Source: Lama guanicoe (taxonomy: Eukaryota). From it: DNA of 64,000 nucleotides. The translations under genes and the position numbers were made by a program. The notes beneath the pieces are model-generated. The model had not been told where the DNA came from. It saw only the letters and a list, made by a program, of their open reading frames with translations, and did not search any database. The stretch covers positions 20,180,897-20,244,896 of the forward strand of contig MU054187.1 in NCBI GenBank assembly GCA_013239625.1, in the 5' to 3' direction. This document shows, piece by piece, positions 25,655 through 38,217 of this stretch (positions are counted from its first letter, which is position 1; the number at the start of each line of letters is the position of its first letter).

Positions 25655-26015
25655 TGTTTTTTAAATTGAAGTATAGGTGGTTTACAATATTTTATTATTT
25701 TCAGATATACAACATAGTGATTCAATATTTTTACAGGTTATACCCCATTTAAAGTTATTACAAAGTTATGGCTATATTTCCTTGTGCTATACAATATGTC
25801 CTTGTTGTTTATTTATTTTGTACTTAGTAGTTTGTATCTCCTTATCTCGTACTATTTCTCCCCTCCCCGCCTTTCCTTTTCACACTGGTAACCAGTTTGT
25901 TCTCTGTATCTGTGACTCTGTTTCTGTTTTATTATATACATTTGTTTGCTTTGTATTTTGATTCCACATGTAAGTGCTAACATGTAGTGTTTGTCTTCCT
26001 CTTTCTGACTTATTT
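25655..26015 (-). mobile_element. L1 3' end
   Basis: ttttaaattgaagtatag...gattccacatgtaagtg...tctgacttattt. Confidence 0.9.
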
Positions 26016-27335
26016 TGTAATTTCTTCTTTGAACCATGGGTTGTTTATAAAATAATTTTTCTAAATATTGTTGTGTTCCACATATATTCTTTGTATTACT
26101 TGTTTCTGAAATAATTCCATTAGAGTTGGAGAACATAGTATATGAAAGTCCATTCTTTTGATTCATTAAGAATTGTTTCATCCTGGAGAAAAAGGCAGAA
26201 ACTTTTGTTGAACATTTTCTATGCATTTGAAATTAACGCATATTATGCCTTCCTTATTTTTTTCTCTAATTGTTAGTTAAAGCAAGATGGTTTCTAGTGC
26301 TGTTCAAATCTTCCATATAACTGTATTTTTTGGACTAGTTTTTCTAAAAATTTCTGAGGGAGGAGTATTAAATTCTCTAATCATGATTTTTTGATTTGTC
26401 TATTTTTTAAATCTAATCCTGTTAATTTTTACTTCATTTAATGTTAAGCTGTTGGTAGAGGCGTGCATATTTAGGATTCTATGATTCCTACTGAATTGAC
26501 ACTTTTATCATTATAAAATTCCCTTTTATATATTTATTAATCCAACTTCCTTTTATTAACACTTTGCATGTACATATTTTTCATTCTTTTGCTTTTAACC
26601 TGTTCTTGTATGTATATATATCTATATATAAATATACATATATTATTTATTCTTCCTTTTACACTTTTATGAATATATTTGCCTTAAATTTGAGTTTTTA
26701 CTAGATTATTATTTAAAATAATTAGACATTTATTTGTAATTATTTAATGTTATTTTTAATATTTATCCTGTTTTTATTCTCTTATTCCTATTTCCAGCTT
26801 TTATTTGAGCTAATCAAACATTTTGACCTTCTATTTTATTTTCTCTACCAGTTTTATAATTGTACATTTTTTTGTATTTTTAGTGATAACTTTGGAAATG
26901 ATGTGATCATCTTTAAATGACCACAATTTACCTAGTCCTATTTTACCACTCAGTGTAAAATATGAGAATCTTATAAAAATGTATTTACATTTATCCCACA
27001 CTATCTATAGCATAATTCTCGCATATTACTTCTACATGTTATAGACTCCATAAAGAACAATGTTTTTGCCTTAAAAACAGTTGTCTTTTAAAGAAATCAG
27101 AAGGAAAACAAGCAGTATTATATAGACACATATTTACAGTTCCTGAGGACTGTTTATTCCTTCCTATAGATCTAAATTCACATTTAATATTTTACTTTAG
27201 TTTGATTACCTTGTTTCACAATTTTGTAATGTACCTCTTCTGACTATGAATTCTTTTAGTATTTATCTAGTAATATATTTACTTCACTGTCATTTTTAAA
27301 GGCTATTTTTTCTGGGTACAAAATTCTAGGTGATA
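26016..27335 (-). mobile_element. Ancient L1M fragment
   Basis: T-rich antisense L1M-like sequence, e.g. tttatcattataaa; ctgggtacaaaattctaggt. Confidence 0.65.
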
Positions 27336-28859
27336 ATCTCATATATGTATATACATATTTTTTGTATTTTTCTAGTGATTTCTTTGGAAATGATGAGATC
27401 ATCTTTAAAGGACCACTATATATATATATATCTACAGAGAGAGAGAGAGTCTCAAATATTATATTAGTAGGAAGGCAAGTCCTATCCCACTTACTCCAAC
27501 ATGGTCAGAGGTTTCAAAGACTTCTGGATATCCTTAAAGTTGCCACAGGAAAGGGTGCATGTGAATGAATCTGCAGAAAATCTTATTGATAGAAATTGTA
27601 ATGTGACTGACTCCACCTGGAATTATGCATTATGACAGTCTTCTGTGAACGCTGAATTATTGGGGCTAATATATTTAATTGTAAAATTCACTTAGTTCTC
27701 TAAAAAGAAATGTATCAGAAGGAGGAGGAGGGGGATGAGGAGGAGGAGGAAGGGCTCTGAAATGCTTGGGATTTGAAAGCTGATTGACAGAAAAGTCTTC
27801 AGGTTATAATAACACAGAAACCTGAAAGCATATACGTAATTTTAAGTATTGAAGGATCCTACTCATTTTATCAAAAGTAAAATTGAAATGAAAAATGGAT
27901 AAAGACAAATTTTCCTTGGAGAAAATTTAGTGTTTATTCAAGGTTTGATCCAGGATATTTTTAATATTAGCTGAATTCAGATTCCACTTCAGAGATCAAA
28001 TTAACAAATAGGCCAACTACATCGGTAATTAAATCACAATCTGGTGTCTACTTCCTCAGTTTCACAATTTCTTAAAATAGATATGTGCCATAGGTGAAGA
28101 AAAATTAAATATAGATGACTAAAGACTTTTTTATTTTACTGCTATTTGTTTGCTTTTTAAATTTAACCCCTCATAAATGTCCCTCCAGACTCCAAGTGTT
28201 CTGACAGACTATCAGTTGGCTGTCAAGCTGAGTTCATGTTACTGAAGCAGTGTGAATTATTACTATTTTTTTATGTGAGGAAAAAGAAACACAAATGGAA
28301 AACAGCTGTCAGGCGTAATTCAATTTATTATATTTAATGCAATAGACAGAGGCAGAATCTTATGAAATATTAATTCCACTGAAAATAGAAACACAGTCAT
28401 GGACATTTTTCTCAGTTCCTGACAGCAGTAGGTTGACCGAAAGAAAGCAGTGTGATCGACATGGGATTCTGTGTGTCAGCTGATCTCCACGTGGTCACAG
28501 GAAGGGTTCAAGAATGGTCACCTAACTGTGGGCAGTGGCATCAGAAGAGGCTTCTTTTTCCCTAGACTTCAAACAAAATTATTTCTATGCAGTGTCGGAT
28601 GAATCAGATATTTAAAACATTTAAGATACAATCATAGATCATTTACAAGATAAATTTAACAATTAATCTTAAAGAGTATCTGCTTTTTATGGTGGCTTTG
28701 GTCTGATCTGATCAACAAAGTAGTTGTCAATTCCATAATTAATTTTTATCCCAAATGAGACAATAGGTCCCCACTCTTACCAAGAAAACATGACCAGTTC
28801 TGATAAGGCTGTGAAATTAATAGACTCTTTCACTCTGATAACATCATCCTTAATTCTAA

Positions 28860-29410
28860 AGAATAAGACTTTTTACATCCCTATCTAAAATCTATCCATG
28901 CTTTCTATATTTTAATAATTTAAAAAATAGTATTACGGCATGTAACAGGAGACCTTACATGACCTGATTCTTGTCTATTTCTCCAGACTGATTCAAAACA
29001 TTTCCACTCTCAACTCCGGTCTGTGAATTTTAGCTACTACAATTTCCTCACATTACTCTTCCTCAGAATTTCTGCATTTACTCCACATCCTTCCCCATCT
29101 TTTCTAGTTCTATGACTTGTTTATTCATTCTTATTCTCTAAATTTCAAAATTTTAAGTCAAGCATCCTTTACTTCAGGGAGCATTCTCTAAACTCCTCCT
29201 GCTCTCCATGACTGTTATTTGCTTTCTTACCTCTGCATTCTTTTTCATAACAGTTACTATTTTAAATTACATATATATCATGATTCTTTGATTAAAGTGT
29301 ATCCCTCTCATTATACTCTGAGCTCCATAACGCCAAGGACTGTCTGTTTTGACTCATTTCTTTATTGAATGCCTAGCAAGAAACGCGTTAATGTTTGTTG
29401 AATGAATAAC
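28860..29410 (+). mobile_element. L2 LINE 3' region
   Basis: ctgagctccat...tgcctagca...atgtttgttgaatgaataa. Confidence 0.7.
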
Positions 29411-30832
29411 TGAAGAGTTTTACTACTTTAAGAATCACAGATTAGCAGGAATATAAAAGGAAATCATTTTTAGGTCAGTACATCATCAGCAGAGTTAACA
29501 CAAATATTTCCACTTAACCATCAGGCAACCCATGTGACACATGTAAAGAATAAACATTTTAATTTGTGATAAATTTGGTCCTAGGTTTCATTCAGTTCTT
29601 GATTTATTTATAAAGTTATTTAGCTGTTTACACACACGCTCTTTCCCCACGAAAAATCTACTACTTTATCTGCAGTGGAAAGTCCTCTGCAGTGTTCTTC
29701 TTTCATATCCTTCACAGATCCTACTCCTGTTTGGGGTCACTTACAGACATGTAATAAATACTTGATTTATTAGATTGAAGTAGATTTCACATCTCTACAT
29801 TCTAATATCAGAAACAAATCAGTAAATGCAGCTGAGAAAGGGCATCATAGATACATACGCTGATTACCTGCTTTCTTATAGACAGAGAAAAATAGTTTAG
29901 GACATTAAAATTTTTTAATTTTATCATTTAAATCCATCGTTTTGGCACTGTGGGGGCACAGACATAGAAACACTGTATCAAAACTTCCCTTTGCAGTGAA
30001 CCCTCTGAACGTGGTGAGAGAGAGAAGGAAATGGGAAGGGAGCATCATTTTCAGGCTGTTAGTTAATAATCTCTGATTCTATTTGTGGTTATTTGTTGGA
30101 AAAAAGTAATTCATGATAATCAGTAACCAGGCTTCAGAGGAACTTACGTGCTCTGTTTTAAGGGAGTATGTGATGAGAAAATGGTATTCATACGATGAGA
30201 AGAAAAAATTCTTTTTGCCTACAAGAGCAATTTTAAGGTGAACTGTTCGTTTTGTGCAGTTATAGGTGTCTGAGAGGAATAGAGAAACTAAAACTAAAAT
30301 TGCATTTTACATATATAGCAAATGAGTGTATTAAATTAAACTATTTTCCTTTTTTCTTTATTCTGTAATTTATCAAATCATTTTTCACATGCGTTTGGAA
30401 ATTGTAACTACAATAATTAAATAATCTACATTTTACATAATAAAAACCCTACTTAAAATTTCATGATAGTCAAAGTTCTATCATAGTAATTTTCTTTCAA
30501 AAAGAAGAAAGATTATTGTCAGTTACTTTTTATTTTGTAGAAAATGAGAAAATTAAAAGTGCAATTATCTTTTCTTACATCCAAGTTAAACAACCATAGG
30601 TATTAAATTAATTGGACTAATAACTATATTTGAGAAATTACATTTTGAAGCCCATGAAATACATAGTGCTCTTGAAACTGGACTCAGTTTGCTGTCACAA
30701 AGGAAAAAAAAATATTTTTTAGATAGATAAGATTGTTTTATTTACTTTAAATTATTAGAGCAAAACATATTTTTCAACTCCCAAAGCTTATCTCTTATAT
30801 GGTAATTGAATTATGTTTGTGACTAACATAAA

Positions 30833-31254
30833 TGTGTTAGGGTTCTCCAGAGAAATAGACCAATGAGATACATACATATATATACAAAGAGCTATTATGG
30901 GAATTGGCTCACACGAGTGTGGAGGCTGAGAAGTTCTACAGTTTGCTGTCTTCAAGTTGGTGATATAATTTAGTTTGAATCCTAAGGCCTGAGGACCAGG
31001 AGCACAGAGGTCCTAGGGCAGAAGATGAACGTCCCGGCTCAAACAAAGAGAACAAGTTTGCATTTCTTCCATCTTTTTGTTGTAATCAGGCCCTTAAGGA
31101 TTGGATAATGCCCACCCACCTTAGTGAGGGTGATCTTTAATCAATCTAGAGATTCAAATGCTAATCTCTTCATAGACACACTGGGAAATAATGTTTTCCA
31201 GCATTCTGGGCATCTATTATCCCAGTCAAGCTGACACATAAATTCACCACCACA
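30833..31254 (-). mobile_element. MLT2 (ERVL) solo LTR
   Basis: tgtgttagggttctccagagaaa...ggaattggctcac...cccagtcaagctgacacataaattcaccaccaca, with TG..CA ends. Confidence 0.9.
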
Positions 31255-31854
31255 ATGTGGTGCCAGGATAATACAATATGCAAAGTTGGAAGTGAGGAAG
31301 TGTTTGTTGATATCCTCCCTATTGTGTCATCAGATCCTTCCATGGGTAGCTAGGCTTGAATTTCAATTTAATTGAAATTCATTGACCATCCATGCAATTC
31401 TCATGTGGTTTCTTCTTTTCCTCACACCTACTCTATGCAAAGAATTTTCTAGAAGTCACTTATTCTATAATATTCATTCCCATCTCTTTTCTCTTTCTCC
31501 TTCTTGCTGTTCTAGAACATGATTTACATGCAAGGTCCTAAAATAACCCAACTGAATTCTGTTGATTGAATATAAACCTGATTGATAATTCCACTCTAAA
31601 CTTATGCCTTTCCATGAACAACTTATATTTGGATAAAAAATTTTAAATTGTCTCTGAGCCAGCTGTACCCCGAGACCTCTGAATTTACCCAGATATAAAG
31701 ACACACTTTTCTGGAATCTTAGCATTGAGTTTTACTGTGTGGGCTCTGTGTGTAAATCTCTATACACACCTGTGAGTTAGGAGTAGTGAATCCTTTTTTT
31801 CGCAAACAGGAATCTCTTAGCTCATGCTCTTCCTTTTTTCTTCTTTTTTAAACT

Positions 31855-32270
31855 AGCCTTTATTTTCTAGAGAATTTTTAGATTCAAAGCAATATTGAGC
31901 AGAAAGTACAGTGTTCCCATATACTCCCTTCCCCCACACATGTAAATAGCTCCTCCATTATCAACATCCCTCCCAAGTGGTACCTTTGCTACAACTGATG
32001 AATCTACACTGACATATCTTTATCATCTAAAGTCCATAATTTTATTAGGGTTTACTCTTGAGGTTGTACATTCTATAAGTTTAGTCGAATGTATAACAAA
32101 ACACATTCATTATTATAGTAACATACAGAGTGGTTTTTACTGTCCTCAAATTCCTGTCTGCTTTGCCTGTTTATCCATCTCTCCATCTTACCCTCTGGTA
32201 ACCACCGATCTTTTTATTATTTCCATAGTATTGCCTTTTCCAGAATGTCAGACTGGAATCATACAATTTC
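31855..32270 (-). mobile_element. L1MC/MD-like 3' end
   Basis: ttgagcagaaagtacagtgttcccatatac...tttccagaatgtca. Confidence 0.85.
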
Positions 32271-33439
32271 AACTTAATTCCTTCTTAACACATATAATAT
32301 TCCACATTTTCCTTGCACACTGTCTTCTTTAATAAGAAGAAATATGCACTTAAAATCACAGTCACACTAGAGAAAGTATACAATAAAATCATTGTTGTAA
32401 TTTTCTGTTTCCAGGAAGTAATAGACCTTTCAGCCTTTCAAATACACAATGCTTCTTTCTGTTTAACCATCCTAGACATTAATTAAGCAAACTTCATCAC
32501 ACAAATATGTCCATTTGGAGCACACGAAAATCAGTCTTGAGAATAAGACATCATTTGGTATAAGGTTATTGACATTTAGCAGATATTTGTAAAGCACATA
32601 TTAAATTTGAAATTCTAAAATAGGGAGTACAAGATAGTCTCTTCACGTTTTTGTCTTTGTGTTGCTTGGAGAATGTTTCATGTCCTTTTCTCTTTTAAAA
32701 AATTAACCTTGCTTCTAGCTTTAAACTACAGAAAATATATCTATTCTCAAGGATGTTGTACCCATTAGAAAAAGTGTAATCTTTCTTCAGACTGGGAAAT
32801 ATAGGTTGTTAACTCTTCCAGTGTTTTGCTAATCTTAGCACTTCCTATAGCAAGTAGTACAAATTGGGAATCCCTTTCCAATAAACATTTAAGTATCAAA
32901 TTATTGAAAGATGAGTCTTTTGGTAAGTGTGATATAGAGTCAAGTATTCATCTATTAAAAATATGTGGGCCATGTAATAACCCCAAAATTATGAACAGTT
33001 GGATTTGAGTTGTGATTTTTTTTTTACTTAAATTAGGTCTTAATTCAAAATACTTCAACAAGTGATGTTAATCACCCATTATAGATTTGCATGTGGAATA
33101 AGGCATGGACCCTGACCTAATGGATTTACAATCTAAAAAGAAATAGGAAATATAAATAAATTACTATTAAAAATTGCATGCCACATAAAGTCTAGAATAA
33201 TGTGTTACAAATGTTCAGGAGTGAAAAAAGTTATTTCGTTCATGCATGAAATACCATAACAACACTCTGACACTAGAGACAGTTTAAATATTTTTCTCTC
33301 GATCTTTCGGATTTGTTTTATTTCCAATGTCCCTGTTTTTTCTTAATTTTCAAAAAAAAGGCATGCTTATTTGATTCAATTTTGGATATGAAGAATTTGA
33401 CAAAACACATCCATTAATCACCATTCAGAAACATCTAAA

Positions 33440-33555
33440 CATAATTTCAAAATATAGTTTCAACACATATTCAATGTATGTTATTAATGAGATATCTTAT
33501 ATTCCTTTTTTGTACTGCCTTTGAAATTCAGTATGTATTTTGCATTTTAGATGAT
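33440..33555. mobile_element. MER3/MER33-like hAT-Charlie fragment
   Basis: ttattaatgagatatcttatattcctttttt...tttgaaattcagtatgtatttt. Confidence 0.6.
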
Positions 33556-33619
33556 ATTTACCCCCAAAACACAGTGTTACTTTTTTTTATGAAATCTATA
33601 TCTGCCAAGTATTAAGACA

Positions 33620-34030
33620 GCAACTGATTTAAAATATATATACAGCTTTTGTATTAACCTACGTGTTTACAATTTCTGGTGCCTTTTATTTCTCCCTTTG
33701 AATTTGAATCATCTTCTAAAGTCATTATCTTTTATATTAAAGGTCTTCCTTTAGTCTTTCTCTTAAGGAGGTCAACTAGTAATGAATTTTTTAAGTCTAT
33801 ATTTATCTGGAAATGCATTTATTTCACCTTCAATTTATAAGGATATAGATTTTTTTGTTGGATAGAATTCTTGGTTCATAGAGTTTTTGTTTCTTTATTT
33901 AATTTTTTGCTTTTCATTTCAGAACTTTGAATATGTTATTTCATTGTCTTCTGGCTTCTTTTTTTTGGAGAATAAGTCAACTGCTAAATGTATTGATGCT
34001 CTTCTGTACAAAATGAGTCGATTTTTCTTT
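33620..34030 (-). mobile_element. Ancient L1M fragment
   Basis: tttatctggaaatgcatttatttcaccttca...ggatagaattcttggtt; resembles 27080-27335. Confidence 0.7.
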
Positions 34031-35234
34031 CATGTGATACAGTTTACACTGCATTCTCAAAATTGTATTTAGAAATAATGTGAGGCCTAGAATGATGTTA
34101 CATTTCTCTGGGGATTATTTTGCATTCTTTTCTCAGTTGCCCAGGCAGCATAGCACTGTGGATTAAGGTGACTCCAGAGTAAGCCAACATTACTTTCATA
34201 TCTTACAACACAAGTGTCCTCCTAGGCTGCAGCGTTTTCTCCTACCCTCAGCCCTTGGTCAGACTCAGACCTCAGTTTTGTTGTCTTTAACTGGTGACAG
34301 ATCATTGCTCATCCTTGGTCTTCTAGTCTTTGTTTCTGAAAGTCACCTAGTTCCCAAAGGTAAGCATTGGCTCCAAACTCTGCACTGAAATTCCTGGCCT
34401 TAATGGCACAGTGGGCTCAATGACCTAATTTATCATTAGTAGACTCCTAGCTGTTACATTATTAGACATTTTTTGTCATGTAGTTTTAGCCATCTTAGTT
34501 TTAAGCAGTGCTTTTCTGTTTTTTATTTCATTTATTTTTCTTTTTACTATTGAGATTGTGTGTTATCTGATGTGGATCGACGTCTTGTTTATAATTCTAC
34601 TACTAGTTATCAATACATTTGCAATAACTAAGTTTAACTTACATTTAAACAATGATAACATCTAAGAAAAAGGTGATAAATAATGTCTGCCCCAATGATT
34701 TTATCTACTCTTAAGTTCCACTTTTTTTTCCCACCATCAGAACTGTTTTAGTAATGAATTGTAGAAAATGCTATTTTATCAAATATTACCAGAGATATTT
34801 CTAGAGTTTTGCCTTCAATCTTGTTCTCCTACCTACAACATTCCATTCTGCTCTATATGTTTAATCAGTCTATAAGTTTACTAGTAGTCCTTCCATATAG
34901 TGACTTTCTTGTTTCAAATAAAAATCATGCAACTAAATATTATACATATAAAACCAGTTTTCACATGTGAAATCAATAGTGAGATATTCTCACACAGCCA
35001 ATGGGTGCGGAGAATTAACCATCCACATGCTTCCTGAAAAATAAATCTGATTGTTAATGTGCTTAGCCAAACAGATCATATGTGTGGGCATCCACTCATA
35101 CTGATTTAAAATTTTTTCAACTCAGCCAAGAGTTGTGAATATTCACATATGTTATTAAATATTTTTCCAAGTTACACTTTTAATAATTGTGTAGAATTAA
35201 GGTATATCGTTACTATAATTTATTTAACGATTAT

Positions 35235-35450
35235 GTATGAGGCAAGACAGCAGAGTACCTAGGAATGTTGGCTCTGGGTTCTAATTGTCTGAAGTCTAAA
35301 AATTAGTAACTGTAAATTCTTGTGTAAGTAACATAGATTCCCTTTTCTTCTTGTGAGAATATCTACTTGATGGATTTGGGAGAATTAAACCAATTAATAC
35401 ATGTAAAGTTCATAGACGAATGCCTGGTGCCTTACAAGTAATCATGTTAA
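35235..35450 (+). mobile_element. MIR (degenerate)
   Basis: ggctctgggttc...taatacatgtaaag...atgcctggt. Confidence 0.55.
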
Positions 35451-36243
35451 TGCTTTTCATGCTTTTGTTTCTCATTAAGTGTGTTGCTACCTGCAGTTTA
35501 TCAAATCAGACAAGGTTCTATCAACTGATCACATCTTTACATTATCTAGCAGACATTTCTTGAAATATCTAGCACTTGAATGGCATTCTTTCCTTGTTTC
35601 TAGTGCTTGTGTTGATTTCTTTCTTTATACACACACATACATAAATATAAAAAATATACAAATTTGGCCATTACAGTGTGAAATATTGGATGTGTGTATT
35701 TCTGTCACCATGTCATCATCTCATCTGAAAGTCCACAGTAGCCTTGCTTGCGTTTGAGTAGTTCAGCATTAAAACAAAACACCCTCTTCATTTCCAATCA
35801 TTCTTTCTCAGCAGTAAATGAGATTTTTGGCTTTTAAATCAGTCATCTGACCTTCTCCCCCATCAATAGACATGTAGTTATTTAGAATTCTGCACAAATG
35901 TGACCTTACATGTGAATTTTTACTAAGGAATTTCTTTAAAAAGCTTTGGGCTTGAATAGAATGCAGTGCACTGCACTGGTTTGAAGTGAGGAGATTCATT
36001 TACCCACACACGATTTGCACCTAATTTCAGGCAAAATATTAACTGCAGGATCCTCACTTCCTATTAAAATTAAATTGCTTCTCTTTTTAAGCAAAGCGAG
36101 TTTAATAATATATAATACACATTAATGAAAAAGGAGAAATGCATCTCATAAAAAAAGGAAAACATTAACAACTAGAAATCTTCTTACACTCAGGGATGAA
36201 AAATCATCCTTTTTGAATGTTTTTACTGTCATGTTATATCATT

Positions 36244-36506
36244 TTTTTAAAAAACTTTTTTTATTGAGTTATAGTCATTTTGCAATGTTGTGTCAAATTC
36301 CAGTGCAGAGCACAATTTTTCAGTTATACATGAACATACATACATTCATTGTCACATTCTCTTTCGCTGTGAACCACCACAAGATCCTATATATATTTCC
36401 CTGTGCTACACAGTACAATCTTGTTTATCTATTCTACATTTTGAAATCCCAGTCCCTTCCCGCCCCTCATCCCCCGGCAACCACAAGTTTGTATTCTACG
36501 TCTATG
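36244..36506 (-). mobile_element. Young L1 3' terminal ~260 bp, the 3' partner of the U6/L1 chimera
   Basis: T-rich tail then ttattgagttatagtc...ttccctgtgctacacag...ggcaaccacaagtttgtattct. Confidence 0.9.
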
Positions 36507-36613
36507 AAAAATATGGAATGCTTCACGAATTTGCATGTCATCCTTGTGCAGCGGCCATGCTAATCTTCTCTGTATCACTCCAATTTTAGTGTATGTGCTG
36601 CTGAAGCGAGCAC
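36507..36613 (-). pseudogene. RNU6: Full-length U6 snRNA retro-pseudogene (107 nt) fused to L1
   Basis: Minus strand reads gtgctcgcttcagcagcacatacactaaaattggagtgatacagagaagattagcatggccgctgcacaaggatgacatgcaaattcgtgaagcattccatattttt; 8 substitutions vs canonical U6 as recalled; TSD tatatcatt at 36235-36243 and 36614-36622. Confidence 0.97.
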
Positions 36614-36627
36614 TATATCATTCCTTT

Positions 36628-36760
36628 TTATTCATTCATCCTTTCAATAATTACTTCTCATTGTTTATTAGGCACCTGCTGCGTGCAAGACACTTGACTA
36701 GGTACTGAGGCTACAAAGGGGACAAAACAGTATCACTGTGCTCATGAGCTGACATACAAT
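36628..36760 (-). mobile_element. L2 3' end
   Basis: ttcattcatcc...tttattaggcacctgctgcgtgcaagacac...ctaggtactgagg. Confidence 0.7.
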
Positions 36761-38217
36761 TACGGCCTTTCGTTCAGAATTTCCCAAAGGGGTTTACCTC
36801 CTTCTAATTTATTCCTAGGCTGTGATTTTGGATGACTTTCTGATTCATTCTTTTTGACTTGCTAGTGTTTTTTTTTTTTATAGTCATAATGTTGTTTCCT
36901 CTGAAGTTATCATTTTATGATAAGAAAGGTTATATATTTAGATATTATCACTATTTGATTTCCCAGCCTAAAGCATCCATATCTTTCTTTGCAGGGGCTT
37001 AGTTCAAAGTTCTGTAAAATTCTTGTAGGTAATGGAGGTTGATTACTTGATTTTCAGTGGTATTTGATAAAATTGATCTGCAAATGCACATCATAAAACA
37101 AATAGTGAGACTATTTGATAAGCCCCAAGTTAAAATTTCTCTATTACTAAATAGAATGATAACATGAGATTTTGTTTGAATACAGATAAATGGGATTTAT
37201 GGGACATTTCAGTTATTCATTACCAGAGAACAAAATATTTAATATCAAGGATTCTTTTGCAATAGTGGATATTAGGTTAATATATGTAAAACTCAATATT
37301 CAGAAGATTTAAGATTAAAATGGGATGCCAAGTTCGGGGTCAGGCTTGAACTTGGAATGGATTCATAATCTTGTGTGTAATAAATGAATTATAAAAATCA
37401 GAAAATCTTCAGGGATAACCCCTGCCAAGTAATTTTACTAATGGACCTGGCATATCTAAACTCAGAATTGTTACAGAAAATTCCTGCTTGAGAAAAGAAC
37501 GTGTATCTCCAGATATAATATATCAAACCTAAAACATTCTAAAAAATGTGGCAGAGTTGATATAATAATCATAACTGTAGTTTGCTATGATTTCTTGGAA
37601 ATAAACTAAATAGAGATGGAGAATAAGGCAGGTAAATCACGTTTTTTTTTCTTAGTCTAACACCACTAGATGTGGAAACTTGACAAAGTTACTTAACATT
37701 TCAAGGCTACATGATTTACCTATTAAATAAGAATTGCGACTGGACAATTTCTATTACAAACTTCTACCACTAAAAATCTAAATACAGTCTTCTCTTGTTT
37801 TCTCAAGTTGTCTTCCAGCAGACACAATATAAATATCCCAGACTTACCTTTTTAAATGATCAAAATAGTAATTACTCAAAATGAGTTTAATATAGAAGAT
37901 AGCGTTTAATACAAGAGATCTTAATAAAACACTTAAATCTGCCAGTTTTAGCCATCTTAGTCTGTGCTTCAAATTCTATATACTTAATTTTTCTGGATGA
38001 GTATGGGTAGAGGTATTTCATGGCACATAATATAATTACATTACTTGACGTATTCATTAAATGATAATGGTAAGGAATTTATTAAATGTGCATATCACAT
38101 CCAAAGATATACTTGGGCATGTTTCTGACATATGGTTGTCACTCCAAAAACAGCACTTTTAATGAACTGATAAACTGTTAACTAGGATGGAGTTTATCTT
38201 CTGTGTTAGGTATTCTA

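Noticed and set aside
36213..36589. Overlapping 116-aa and 99-aa ORFs
   Set aside because: Chance antisense frames across the L1 3' UTR and U6 retrocopy
36507..36613. Functional U6 gene
   Set aside because: CpG-decay mutations, L1 fusion, TSD and no recognisable upstream U6 promoter elements
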